A stretch of 64,000 nt of DNA from positions 32,557-96,556 of the forward strand of contig SVRS01000004.1 of the NCBI GenBank assembly GCA_015064695.1, read 5' to 3'. The notes below the pieces were generated by a model. It did not search any database. It was not told the DNA's origin and worked only from the letters and a program-made list of their open reading frames with translations. Origin of the DNA: Oscillospiraceae bacterium. GTDB taxonomy: Bacteria > Bacillota > Clostridia > Oscillospirales > CAG-272. Numbering within the stretch: position 1 is the stretch's first letter; each line of letters opens with the position of its first letter. Made by a program: the position numbers and the translations under genes. Shown here piece after piece: positions 14,366-22,865 of this stretch.

Positions 14366-15790
14366 TCAGGATTCCTCACAAGTCAATTTTTCGGAAGCAA
14401 TGGTATCCGCCATTTCCCGAACGTAAGCCTCGCAGACCGCCTCGTCGGCCGCCTCTGCCATGATGCGCACCACGGGCTCGGTGCCGCTCTTGCGCAGTAG
14501 CATCCGACCGACGCCCCCCAATCGGGTATTGCACTCGGTCAGCTTTGCCTGCACGGCGGGATGCCGCAAAACGGCGTCCTTATCGGGAACACGAATATTT
14601 CTGGTGATTTGCGGGTACATGACCACGGGCTCGGCCAGCTTGGACAGGGGGAGCTTGCTTTCGACGATGCGCTCCATGACCATAACGGCGGTCAGAAGGC
14701 CGTCCCCCGTAGTGGCGTACTTTCGAAGGATAATATGCCCCGATTGCTCCCCGCCGAGGACATGGCCGTTCTCCACCATATTTTCATAGACGAATCGATC
14801 CCCCACGGTGGTTTGGACGTAATCGATACCCGCATCCTCCAGGGCGCGGTAGAGACCCATGTTGGACATAACCGTGGTCACCACCGTGTTATTGGCCAGG
14901 CTTCCCTGCTCCTTCATGGCTTTTCCCAGGATATAGAGAATATGGTCTCCGTTGACCTCGTTTCCCCGCTCGTCCACGGCGATGCATCGGTCCGCGTCCC
15001 CATCGAAGGCGAAGCCCACGTCCAGTCCTTCCTCCAGCACCATCCGCTTCAAGCGTTCAACGTGAGTCGAGCCGCAATCCACGTTGATATTGAGTCCGTC
15101 GGGACGGTCGCCCGTAACGTAGGTTTTCGCACCCAAGGCCTCAAAGACCGCCCGTCCGATCATCCAGGCCGCTCCGTTGGCGCAATCCAATCCCACGCGG
15201 AAATCCTTATAGGAGTGGGCCGCCAGGGAGATAAGGTATCCCACGTAACGATTCCGCCCTGCGACGTGATCCACGATGGCTCCCACGTCTGCCCCCGTAG
15301 CCACGGGCAGATCACCGTTCCACATCTCAGCCTCAGTCAGCCCCAGCGCCGCCGCACCGCCATCCAGATAGGCTTCGATGATCGCGATGGTATCGTCGCC
15401 GATCTTCTCGCCATGGCGGTTGACCAGCTTAATACCGTTGTCGGAAAAGGGATTATGGGATGCGGAGATCATGACCCCGCCGTCGAAATTCTCCCGTTCG
15501 GTTACGAAGGCTACGCTGGGTGTGGTGGTAACGTGGAGCATATGGGGCTCCGCGCCCGAGGCGGCCAGGCCCGCCGCCACAGCGTACTCGAACATATAGC
15601 TCGAGCGTCGTGTGTCCTTCCCCACTACGATACGAGGGCGGTGGTATGCTATGGTCTCCTCCGCAGGACGGCTGAGATCATGCCGTCCGCAGTACCAGCC
15701 CAGGAACCGTCCCAGGCGGAATGCATGATCGGCGGTCAGCGTCACGTTGGCCTCCCCACGGAAGCCGTCGGTTCCAAAATATTTTCCCAT
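14366..15790 (-). CDS. glmM: Phosphoglucosamine mutase
   Basis: MGKYFGTDGFRGEANV..., the active-site segment ISASHNPFSDNGIK, and GDGDADR. Start trimmed to the ATG at 15788-15790. Confidence 0.9.
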   Translation of the reverse strand: MGKYFGTDGFRGEANVTLTADHAFRLGRFLGWYCGRHDLSRPAEETIAYHRPRIVVGKDTRRSSYMFEYAVAAGLAASGAEPHMLHVTTTPSVAFVTERENFDGGVMISASHNPFSDNGIKLVNRHGEKIGDDTIAIIEAYLDGGAAALGLTEAEMWNGDLPVATGADVGAIVDHVAGRNRYVGYLISLAAHSYKDFRVGLDCANGAAWMIGRAVFEALGAKTYVTGDRPDGLNINVDCGSTHVERLKRMVLEEGLDVGFAFDGDADRCIAVDERGNEVNGDHILYILGKAMKEQGSLANNTVVTTVMSNMGLYRALEDAGIDYVQTTVGDRFVYENMVENGHVLGGEQSGHIILRKYATTGDGLLTAVMVMERIVESKLPLSKLAEPVVMYPQITRNIRVPDKDAVLRHPAVQAKLTECNTRLGGVGRMLLRKSGTEPVVRIMAEAADEAVCEAYVREMADTIASEKLTCEES

Positions 15791-15879
15791 ATAGAGATCC
15801 CCTTCCGAGTAGATTGTTCGGGTACGCGTGTCGTTCCCTCTCACCCTACAGTATAGCAATTTCTCAGAAGGAGTATCCA

Positions 15880-15940
15880 ACCTTTTGAAAGTTCTTGAAA
15901 GTAATCCGGGGAAAACCTCCTTCAAGAAGCTTTCCCCGGA
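15880..15940 (-). repeat. Hairpin-plus-tail intergenic repeat R6 (inverted, imperfect)
   Basis: The reverse complement reads CCGGGGAAAGCTTC-TTGAAG-GAGGTTTTCCCCGG + ATTACTTTCAAGAACTTTCAAAAGG. It lies between the glcK stop and the glmM promoter. Confidence 0.45.
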
Positions 15941-15954
15941 AAATCGTCCTAATA

Positions 15955-16920
15955 TTACTTCAGACCCAGAACGGCTCCGCCGATGATACCGGCGTCGTTG
16001 CGAAGGGCGGCGATTCGGATATCCGTCCCCTTCACGATGCCCTGGCCATAGACCTCAGCCCGTACCAACGGAACCAGCATGTCCAGAAGGTAATCGCCTT
16101 CGTTGGAGATACCGCCGCCGATGGACAGAACCTCGGGCTGGAAGATATTGATGATATTGGAAATACCCTGTGCCAGGTAGTGGACGTACTTTTCCACGAC
16201 CTCAGCGCCTGCCTCGTCACCGGCGCGCTTGGCATCAAAGGCAGTACGGCCCGAGACCTTTCCCGCCTTCTCCACCATCTCGGTCATGACCGTCTCACGG
16301 CCCTGTGCCTCGCACTCGGCCAGCTTCTCGCGGGTCATGCGGATGAGGGCGGTAGCGGAGCTGTAAGCCTCCCAGCAGCCCTTACGGCCGCAACCGCACT
16401 GAGCGCCGTCCACCTCGATGACGATGTGACCCAGCTCGGCGCCCGCATAGTTGAAGCCCGAAATAACCTTGCCGTCGATGATGATACCGCCGCCCACGCC
16501 GGTACCCAGCGTGATCATGACAGAATCTCTGCTTCCCTTAGCGGAGCCGGCCACCACCTCGCCCCATGCGGCAGCATTGGCATCGTTTTCCACGAACACG
16601 TGAGAAACAGGGAATCCGGCCTTCACAGCCTCGCATACGTTGAACTTGCTAAAGGAAGGAATATTGCAGCAGTACTCGATCACGCCCTCGTCGTGGTTGG
16701 CGATACCGGGAGAGGCAATACCTACCGATGCAATCTCGGAGGGCTCAATCCCTGCATCGCGGCAGACGGTGTGGCAGATAGCGGCCATGTCGGCTGCGAT
16801 TTCGCTTGCAGGACGGTCGGCCCCCGTGGGAATGCTGGCCTTACAGATGATTTCGAAGTTCTCGTTCACAATACCGGCGGCGATATTGGTGCCGCCCAGG
16901 TCGATACCAATGCGATACAT
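15955..16920 (-). CDS. glcK: ROK-family glucokinase
   Basis: MYRIGIDLGGTNIAAGIV... and the ROK zinc motif GAELGHIVIEVDGAQCGCGRKGCWE. Confidence 0.85.
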   Translation of the reverse strand: MYRIGIDLGGTNIAAGIVNENFEIICKASIPTGADRPASEIAADMAAICHTVCRDAGIEPSEIASVGIASPGIANHDEGVIEYCCNIPSFSKFNVCEAVKAGFPVSHVFVENDANAAAWGEVVAGSAKGSRDSVMITLGTGVGGGIIIDGKVISGFNYAGAELGHIVIEVDGAQCGCGRKGCWEAYSSATALIRMTREKLAECEAQGRETVMTEMVEKAGKVSGRTAFDAKRAGDEAGAEVVEKYVHYLAQGISNIINIFQPEVLSIGGGISNEGDYLLDMLVPLVRAEVYGQGIVKGTDIRIAALRNDAGIIGGAVLGLK

Positions 16921-17130
16921 AATTGTTCTCCGTTATTCACAAAATTCTCCATTCTTCTGGAGTGCTCATCCTGCATTATACTACAAAAACCCGAATCTGT
17001 CAAGGGGAATCTCAATTTTTGGCATAAAACCCGGGGCTCACATCTGTTTCCCGAAAACCGGCTATCCCTTGACAAACACACCGATTCATGATATAATTAG
17101 AATATAAATCTGAAAAGGAGTTCTGCAAAT

Positions 17131-18606
17131 ATGACAAGATCCCAAAAAACCAAGCTGGCCAGCCTGCTTTTGGCGGGGCTTTTGCTCCTGCCCACTCTGG
17201 CCTCCTGTGCCGCAGATGGAGATGAGCCCAAGGGCACCCAGGCAGACACGGGCACCGGGGCAGACACCGAGGCCGCGATCGATCCCGTCGACCAAGCCAT
17301 CAGCGACCTCCGCGGTCAGACCAACTGGGGCGGGGAGGATTTCGGTATTCTGTATTCCACCGCCTTCGACAGCTATCGCGAGGAGGTGGAGGCAAAGCCC
17401 GAGGGCGGCTCGGTCATCAACGACGCGGTCTTTGAGCGCAACACCCTGTTCCAGGAGTATTGCAATCTGAATTTCGTCTTGATCCCCACCACCGCCGAGG
17501 CCTACAACACCTCCTTGACCAAGGGTATTCAAACCGGCACCAAGGACTTCTACATCACCAGCCAGGGCGGATCGGGCACTGCTGCAATCGCGCTCCAGGG
17601 ATATCTCTATAATTACCTGGACCTGGATATTGACTACGACCGCGAGTGGTGGGACCAGGGCACCCTGAACTTCGCCCTGGACGGCCGTGTCTTCTTCATG
17701 AACGGCCCCTTCAACACCATCGACGATGACTGCACCTACATCATCGCCTTCAACAAGAATCTCCAGCGAGAGCATCGGGTGCCCAACCCCTATCAGACCG
17801 TGCGGGATCACGAGTGGACCATGGAATACATGAACTCCATTATCTCAAACCTTTCCACCGACAACGGCGACGGTAGTTGGGACGAAAACGACACCTACGG
17901 TCTTACCGCCACCAGCGTCATCTCCACGGCCTTTTTCTACGGTGCGGGTCTCAAGTACGTAGACAACAGTCTGGAAAAGGACGTTCCCGAGCTGATCCTG
18001 AGCGATAAGCTAGACCGCGTCACCGAGGTCATGGACATCACCCGAAAGATCCTTCACGAAAACAACTCCACCCACGTCGGAATCGGCATGGAAATCTTCA
18101 TCAACGACCGCGCCCTGTTCGGCTTTGAGGTGGTCAACTATCTCCGCGCGCTGAACGCCCAGATGAACAGCGAGTACGGTGTTCTCCCCGTACCCAAGTA
18201 TGACAAGGCCCAGGAGCAATACTACTCCTTCAGCAACGCAGGCGTAGGCACCACCCTCTCCATCCCCACCTCAGTGGCCCAGGTGGACATGAACCTGTTT
18301 GCCAACACCCTTGAGATGTACTGCCTCCTGTCCCAAAAGCTGGTCAAGCCCGCCTACTACGAGATCACACTCATGACCCGTAACATCCAGGACCTGGATT
18401 CCGCCGAGATGCTGGACATCGTGTTCCAGCACCGCATCTACGACCTGGCCGCTTACTTTGACGATCTCGGTCTCGCGGGGATCTTTGAACAGGCCGCATC
18501 CGGCACTTCCGACACCTTCTCCTCCAAATACTCCTCCGCCAGCAGAGCCTTCGACAAGAAGGTCAAGAATATGCTGGTCAAGCTCCAGCGCCATTCCAAG
18601 AACTGA
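17131..18606 (+). CDS. Lipoprotein, ABC-transporter extracellular solute-binding protein-like (orphan)
   Basis: Signal peptide with lipobox LLLLPTLASC. At ~490 aa it has the size and composition of family-1 sugar-binding lipoproteins. No permease or ATPase gene is adjacent. Confidence 0.65.
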   Translation: MTRSQKTKLASLLLAGLLLLPTLASCAADGDEPKGTQADTGTGADTEAAIDPVDQAISDLRGQTNWGGEDFGILYSTAFDSYREEVEAKPEGGSVINDAVFERNTLFQEYCNLNFVLIPTTAEAYNTSLTKGIQTGTKDFYITSQGGSGTAAIALQGYLYNYLDLDIDYDREWWDQGTLNFALDGRVFFMNGPFNTIDDDCTYIIAFNKNLQREHRVPNPYQTVRDHEWTMEYMNSIISNLSTDNGDGSWDENDTYGLTATSVISTAFFYGAGLKYVDNSLEKDVPELILSDKLDRVTEVMDITRKILHENNSTHVGIGMEIFINDRALFGFEVVNYLRALNAQMNSEYGVLPVPKYDKAQEQYYSFSNAGVGTTLSIPTSVAQVDMNLFANTLEMYCLLSQKLVKPAYYEITLMTRNIQDLDSAEMLDIVFQHRIYDLAAYFDDLGLAGIFEQAASGTSDTFSSKYSSASRAFDKKVKNMLVKLQRHSKN

Positions 18607-18612
18607 TCTCCC

Positions 18613-18642
18613 AACGGGGTCTTCGGACCCCGTTCTCTTTTT
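18613..18642 (+). terminator. Intrinsic terminator after the solute-binding lipoprotein gene
   Basis: AACGGGGTC-TTCG-GACCCCGTT followed by CTCTTTTT. Confidence 0.7.
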
Positions 18643-18725
18643 CGTCGAAATCCATTGACAAGCGGGGCGTTTCATGGTACAATAAGACCACAAATCATTT
18701 CACCGCGCAGAAAGGAACCGTCATT

Positions 18726-19157
18726 ATGTCCAACTCCATCATCAACGGCCTGGGCTACGCCCACATCGCCATTGCATCCTACGATTTTGAGAAGTCCCTG
18801 GCCTTCTACAAGGCTTTGGGTATGACCGTCTATACCGAGTGGGGAGAGGGCGACAAGCACATTGCTCTGCTCGACATGGGCAACGGCTCTCTGGTGGAGC
18901 TGTTCTCTAAGCCCACCCTCAATTCCGAAAAATCCGCAGGTCTGGAGGACGGCGCCCAGTTCATGCATTTTGCTTTCTCCGCCGACGACGTGGATGCCGC
19001 CTACCACACCGCTCTGGCCGCAGGCGCCACCTCCCTTATCGCTCCCAAGGACGCGCCTCTTGCCTCCCACCCCGTCCCCCTTACCCTCCGCGTAGCCTTC
19101 GTCAAGGGTCCCTGCGGTGAGGAGCTGGAGTTCTTCAAAGCGACTGTCAGAGAGTAA
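18726..19157 (+). CDS. VOC/glyoxalase-family protein
   Basis: 143 aa with GLGYAHIAIASYDFEKSLAFYKALGM...HFAFSADDVDAAY..., the typical paired beta-alpha-beta-beta-beta glyoxalase pattern. Confidence 0.75.
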   Translation: MSNSIINGLGYAHIAIASYDFEKSLAFYKALGMTVYTEWGEGDKHIALLDMGNGSLVELFSKPTLNSEKSAGLEDGAQFMHFAFSADDVDAAYHTALAAGATSLIAPKDAPLASHPVPLTLRVAFVKGPCGEELEFFKATVRE

Positions 19158-19393
19158 GCATACGCCCACGGCGGGGCGCTACACGGGATACCCCGTGATT
19201 CGCGATGCCCAATGGCTCAACGAGGGCGGTGTCGGCGGCGGTCTCCGCGGCGGTCTCCGCGGCGGTCACGACGGCCGACGGGCACAGGCTCCTGCCTCTG
19301 ATCAAGTATTACAAGACCCCCGATGCCGTGGCGAACGTCTTGCGGCAGAAGGTGCTATTCTGATCCCACCAAACCCCACACAGGAGGTCCTCC

Positions 19394-21361
19394 ATGAACA
19401 AAGGCTCTGACACCTACACCAACGAACAACTCAAAATCCTCCGCCTGCTGGCCGCCGAATACCCCTCCATCGCCCTGGCAGGGGCAACCTTGGTGAATCT
19501 CAACGCTCTCTCCAATCTGCCCAAGGGCACCGAGCATTTCATGAGCGACCTCCACGGCGAGGCCGAGGCCTTTGAGCATATCCTCAACAACGGCTCCGGG
19601 GTCATCCGCGAGAAGGTAGACACGGTTTTCTACCGTACCATGGGCGAGGAGGAGCGGCGCACCCTCTGTACCCTCATCTACTACCCCGTCGAGAAGATGG
19701 AGGAGCTGCGGGCGGGCGGTGTGATCACCTCCGATTGGTACCGCATCACCTTGTACCGTCTGGTGGACCTTTCCCGCTCGGTGGCCTCCAAATACACCCG
19801 CGAGAAGGTGCGGGAGGCTCTCCCCGCCGATTACCGCTACATCATCGACGAGCTGCTCCACACCTCAGGGGAGGAGCACGACAAGCAGGAATACTACCGC
19901 AACATCATCGACACGGTGATCGAGGTCGGCCAGGCAGAGGCCTTCATCGTGGCTCTCTGCAACCTCATCAAGCGCATGGCGGTGGACCGTCTTCACGTGG
20001 TGGGGGACATTTACGACCGAGGCAATCATGCCGACCGCATTCTGGATATGCTCCGCGAGCATCATCAGGTGGACATTCAGTGGGGCAACCACGACATTGT
20101 CTGGATGGGTGCCGCCGCGGGGTCTGCGGCTTGCGTGGCCACGGTGCTTAACTCGGCGTTGCAGTACAATACCCTATCCATCGTGGAGAACACCTACGGC
20201 ATCTCCCTGCGGGACCTCATCGGCTTTGCCCAGGAGACCTACCGCGACTCCACCTGGTTCATGCCCCGCAACCCCGACGACGCCTACTACGTCAAAAGCA
20301 GCATGGACAATCTGGCCAAGGCCCACAAGGCCATCGCCATCATTCTGTTCAAGCTGGAGGGCCAGCTCATCCGCCGTCATCCCGAGTTCGGCATGGAGGG
20401 GCGGTTGGTGCTGGAGGCTATTGACTACGAGGCCAACACCGTGACCCTGGGCGGGGTGGCCTACCCCCTCAACGACGGGCACTTCCCCACCATTGATCCT
20501 GCGGATCCTTACCGACTGACCGATGCCGAGTCCTCACTGATCGGGTCGCTGACGAATGCCTTCCGCCACAGCAGAGCCCTCCGCCGTCATGTGGAATTCC
20601 TTTACAATGACGGTTCTCTTTACAAGGTCTGCAACGGCAATCTCCTGTTCCACGGCTGTATTCCCATGACCGCCGCAGGAGAATTTGACAGCGTCGTCTG
20701 CATGGACGGTGTGGCCCGCAGCGGCCGCGCCTACATGGATTGGTGCGACAAAACTGCCCGCGCGGCCTTCTATGAGCACAGTCAGGATGCGCTGGATTTC
20801 ATGTACTATCTCTGGTGCGGCCGCCGCTCTCCTCTGTTCGGGCGGGAGCGGATGACCACCTTTGAGCGGTATTTCGTGGCCGACAAGGGGACCTGGACCG
20901 AGCAAAAGAATCCCTACTACGGGTTGGTGGAGGACTATGAGGCCGCCGCGGCCATCCTCCGTGAGTTTGGACTGGACGAGTCCACGGGGCACATCATCAA
21001 CGGCCACGTACCCGTCCGCGCCGCCATCGGGGAGCATCCCGTGAAGGCTCGGGGCCGCTACATCCGCATCGACGGCGGATTCTGCCGCGCCTATCACAAC
21101 CACACGGGCATTGCGGGATACACCCTTATCTACTCCTCCCGCGGTCTGCGCCTGGTCTCCCATAGCCCCTTTGAGGGCAAGGAGGCGGCTGTCCGTCAGA
21201 ACCGCGACATTCTCGCCGCTGACGACGTCGTCTTTGAGATGATGCCCCGCCGCATGCTGGTCCGCGACACCGACCAAGGCAAACGCATCATCGAGCGTAT
21301 GGAGGACCTCCGCGCCCTGCTCGCGGCATACAGGGAGGGTGTGGTATCGCCCGAGGTGTGA
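19394..21361 (+). CDS. fbp: Fructose-1,6-bisphosphatase class 3
   Basis: 655 aa with LRLLAAEYPSI...LPKGTEHFMSDLHGE...HVVGDIYDRG...WGNHD, the Firmicutes Fbp class 3 signature. Confidence 0.9.
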   Translation: MNKGSDTYTNEQLKILRLLAAEYPSIALAGATLVNLNALSNLPKGTEHFMSDLHGEAEAFEHILNNGSGVIREKVDTVFYRTMGEEERRTLCTLIYYPVEKMEELRAGGVITSDWYRITLYRLVDLSRSVASKYTREKVREALPADYRYIIDELLHTSGEEHDKQEYYRNIIDTVIEVGQAEAFIVALCNLIKRMAVDRLHVVGDIYDRGNHADRILDMLREHHQVDIQWGNHDIVWMGAAAGSAACVATVLNSALQYNTLSIVENTYGISLRDLIGFAQETYRDSTWFMPRNPDDAYYVKSSMDNLAKAHKAIAIILFKLEGQLIRRHPEFGMEGRLVLEAIDYEANTVTLGGVAYPLNDGHFPTIDPADPYRLTDAESSLIGSLTNAFRHSRALRRHVEFLYNDGSLYKVCNGNLLFHGCIPMTAAGEFDSVVCMDGVARSGRAYMDWCDKTARAAFYEHSQDALDFMYYLWCGRRSPLFGRERMTTFERYFVADKGTWTEQKNPYYGLVEDYEAAAAILREFGLDESTGHIINGHVPVRAAIGEHPVKARGRYIRIDGGFCRAYHNHTGIAGYTLIYSSRGLRLVSHSPFEGKEAAVRQNRDILAADDVVFEMMPRRMLVRDTDQGKRIIERMEDLRALLAAYREGVVSPEV

Positions 21362-21447
21362 GGGGGGGAGAACGAGGGGCTCTGCCCCCGGCCCCCGCTT
21401 AAGGGGCTTTTGAAAAAGCCCCTTAAGAATCCCAAAAACCTTCAAAT
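21362..21447 (+). repeat. Hairpin-plus-tail intergenic repeat R4
   Basis: GGGGGGGAGAACGAGGGGCTCTGCCCCCGGCCCCCG + CTTAAGGGGCTTT-TGAA-AAAGCCCCTTAAG (21398..21427) + AATCCCAAAAACCTTCAAATGG. It starts immediately after the fbp stop. Confidence 0.6.
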
Positions 21448-21547
21448 GGGTTTCACGTATGTGTTTACTTGCTGTTTGACGGAGACCTCTTGCTTTCACC
21501 GTGTGACCCAACCCACCGGGATTTTTGGGGAGCGGGGGATTGGATAT

Positions 21548-21584
21548 GAAAAACCACTCGATTTTTGAAACCGAGTGGTTTTTG
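21548..21584. terminator. Bidirectional intrinsic terminator after GH43a
   Basis: AAAAACCACTCG-ATTTTTGAAAC-CGAGTGGTTTTT. Confidence 0.7.
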
Positions 21585-21591
21585 TTATGGA

Positions 21592-22848
21592 TCAATCCTT
21601 GATCTGCTCAAAATAGAACTCCTCAAACCGCAGAATATCCTCCCCGTCCCCACGGAAGACGAAGCAGAGGTCGTGGGTGCCGAAGGTATTCTCCAGGCGG
21701 CAGGGGATGTCGTCGAAGCCGCCGAAATTGTAGTTTCCGACGTTTTCCACGTTGAGGTGGCCCAGGATCGGGCCAAAGGGGCTTCCCTCACGGATCTCCA
21801 CCGAGCATTTTCCTCTGCAGGCCAGACGGACGAACATCAGGGCGTTGGGATTCATGCCGCTGACCTTGGGGTAGTACAGGTAAGAGCCGTTCTTGATTCC
21901 TCTCAGCTCAAAGCCGGAGAGGTTCTCCTTCTTGGTGATCCCGTCGGAGGCGGCGAAGTACCACTCGCCCTTGACCGATGGCCAGGAGGCATCGTAGTGG
22001 CCCACGCCTGCCCGCTGGATGAACTCGTCGATGGTGATGTCTCCGTTGTCCTTGAAGTGGGCGTAGAGCATTTTTGTGGTGCGGTAGTAGCGGTTCATGC
22101 GGTCCTCGCCCCAGTTCTCGGGGATGCCGTAAGCAAAGTAGGTCTGGTTGTGGAAGGTAAAGAAATTGCCGTGATCCACATAGGCCTCGTTGCAGAAGGA
22201 GCCACGGTAGGTGTAGGGGCCGTAGACACTGTCCGATGTGGCAAAGAAGGCGCGATGACTACCCAGATAATACTTCCCGTTCCACTTGTTCAGGTTTGGG
22301 GCATCGTTACCGTCCCAGGAGTTGAGGATCTCCACGGGGCGAGGCTCCTCGGCCAAAGAGATCATGTCCTCGTTCAGGCGAGCGATGTAGTACTGCTTGC
22401 CGCCTACGGTATAGCCAAAGACGATGTAGGGGGTGTGGTTTTCGTCGTCGTCGATGAAGATGGCAGGATCGTAGGAGGGGGTATCCACAAAGCCCTCGGG
22501 GAGCAGGGGCTTGCCCAGGGCATCCTTGTAGGGGCCGCCCGGGCCGTTTTCGCTGACAGCTACTCCTGTGCAGGATTGGCCGCGGGAAAAGTACAGGTAG
22601 TACTTCCCGTTCCGCTCAGCGGTATCGGTAGCGTAGCAGTCGTTGACCTTACCGAGGAAGGTCTCCTCGGGGTAGAAGGTGTATTCCAGCTTCCAGTTGA
22701 GCAGATCGTCGCTGGAGAAAATGCGCCAATCGTCCATGCGGAAGCCCTTATTGTCGGGGCTTCGGTCATGGGTGGTGAACATATAGACCTTTCCGTTATA
22801 GACACGGATATGGGGGTCACAGACCCCTTGCTTGGGGATGATTCTCAT
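21592..22848 (-). CDS. Glycoside hydrolase family 43 protein (copy a)
   Basis: MRIIPKQGVCDPHIRVYNGKVYMFTTHD...DDWRIFSSDDLLNWK... shows the five-bladed propeller GH43 N-terminus. The C-terminal ~120 aa form a beta-sandwich-like domain. Paralogue of 25241..26497. Confidence 0.85.
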   Translation of the reverse strand: MRIIPKQGVCDPHIRVYNGKVYMFTTHDRSPDNKGFRMDDWRIFSSDDLLNWKLEYTFYPEETFLGKVNDCYATDTAERNGKYYLYFSRGQSCTGVAVSENGPGGPYKDALGKPLLPEGFVDTPSYDPAIFIDDDENHTPYIVFGYTVGGKQYYIARLNEDMISLAEEPRPVEILNSWDGNDAPNLNKWNGKYYLGSHRAFFATSDSVYGPYTYRGSFCNEAYVDHGNFFTFHNQTYFAYGIPENWGEDRMNRYYRTTKMLYAHFKDNGDITIDEFIQRAGVGHYDASWPSVKGEWYFAASDGITKKENLSGFELRGIKNGSYLYYPKVSGMNPNALMFVRLACRGKCSVEIREGSPFGPILGHLNVENVGNYNFGGFDDIPCRLENTFGTHDLCFVFRGDGEDILRFEEFYFEQIKD

Positions 22849-22865
22849 AGCTCTACTCCAATTTC

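Noticed and set aside
15791-15954. A glmS-type ribozyme or other riboswitch upstream of glmM.
   Set aside because: The leader is only ~60 nt after a plausible TATACT -10. The rest of the spacer is explained by the glcK terminator-like hairpin of repeat R6.
19117-19410. 97-aa ORF (+) bridging the VOC gene and fbp.
   Set aside because: It is Gly/Arg-rich because it reads through the 12-bp tandem repeat. It overlaps the fbp RBS and start and has no RBS of its own.
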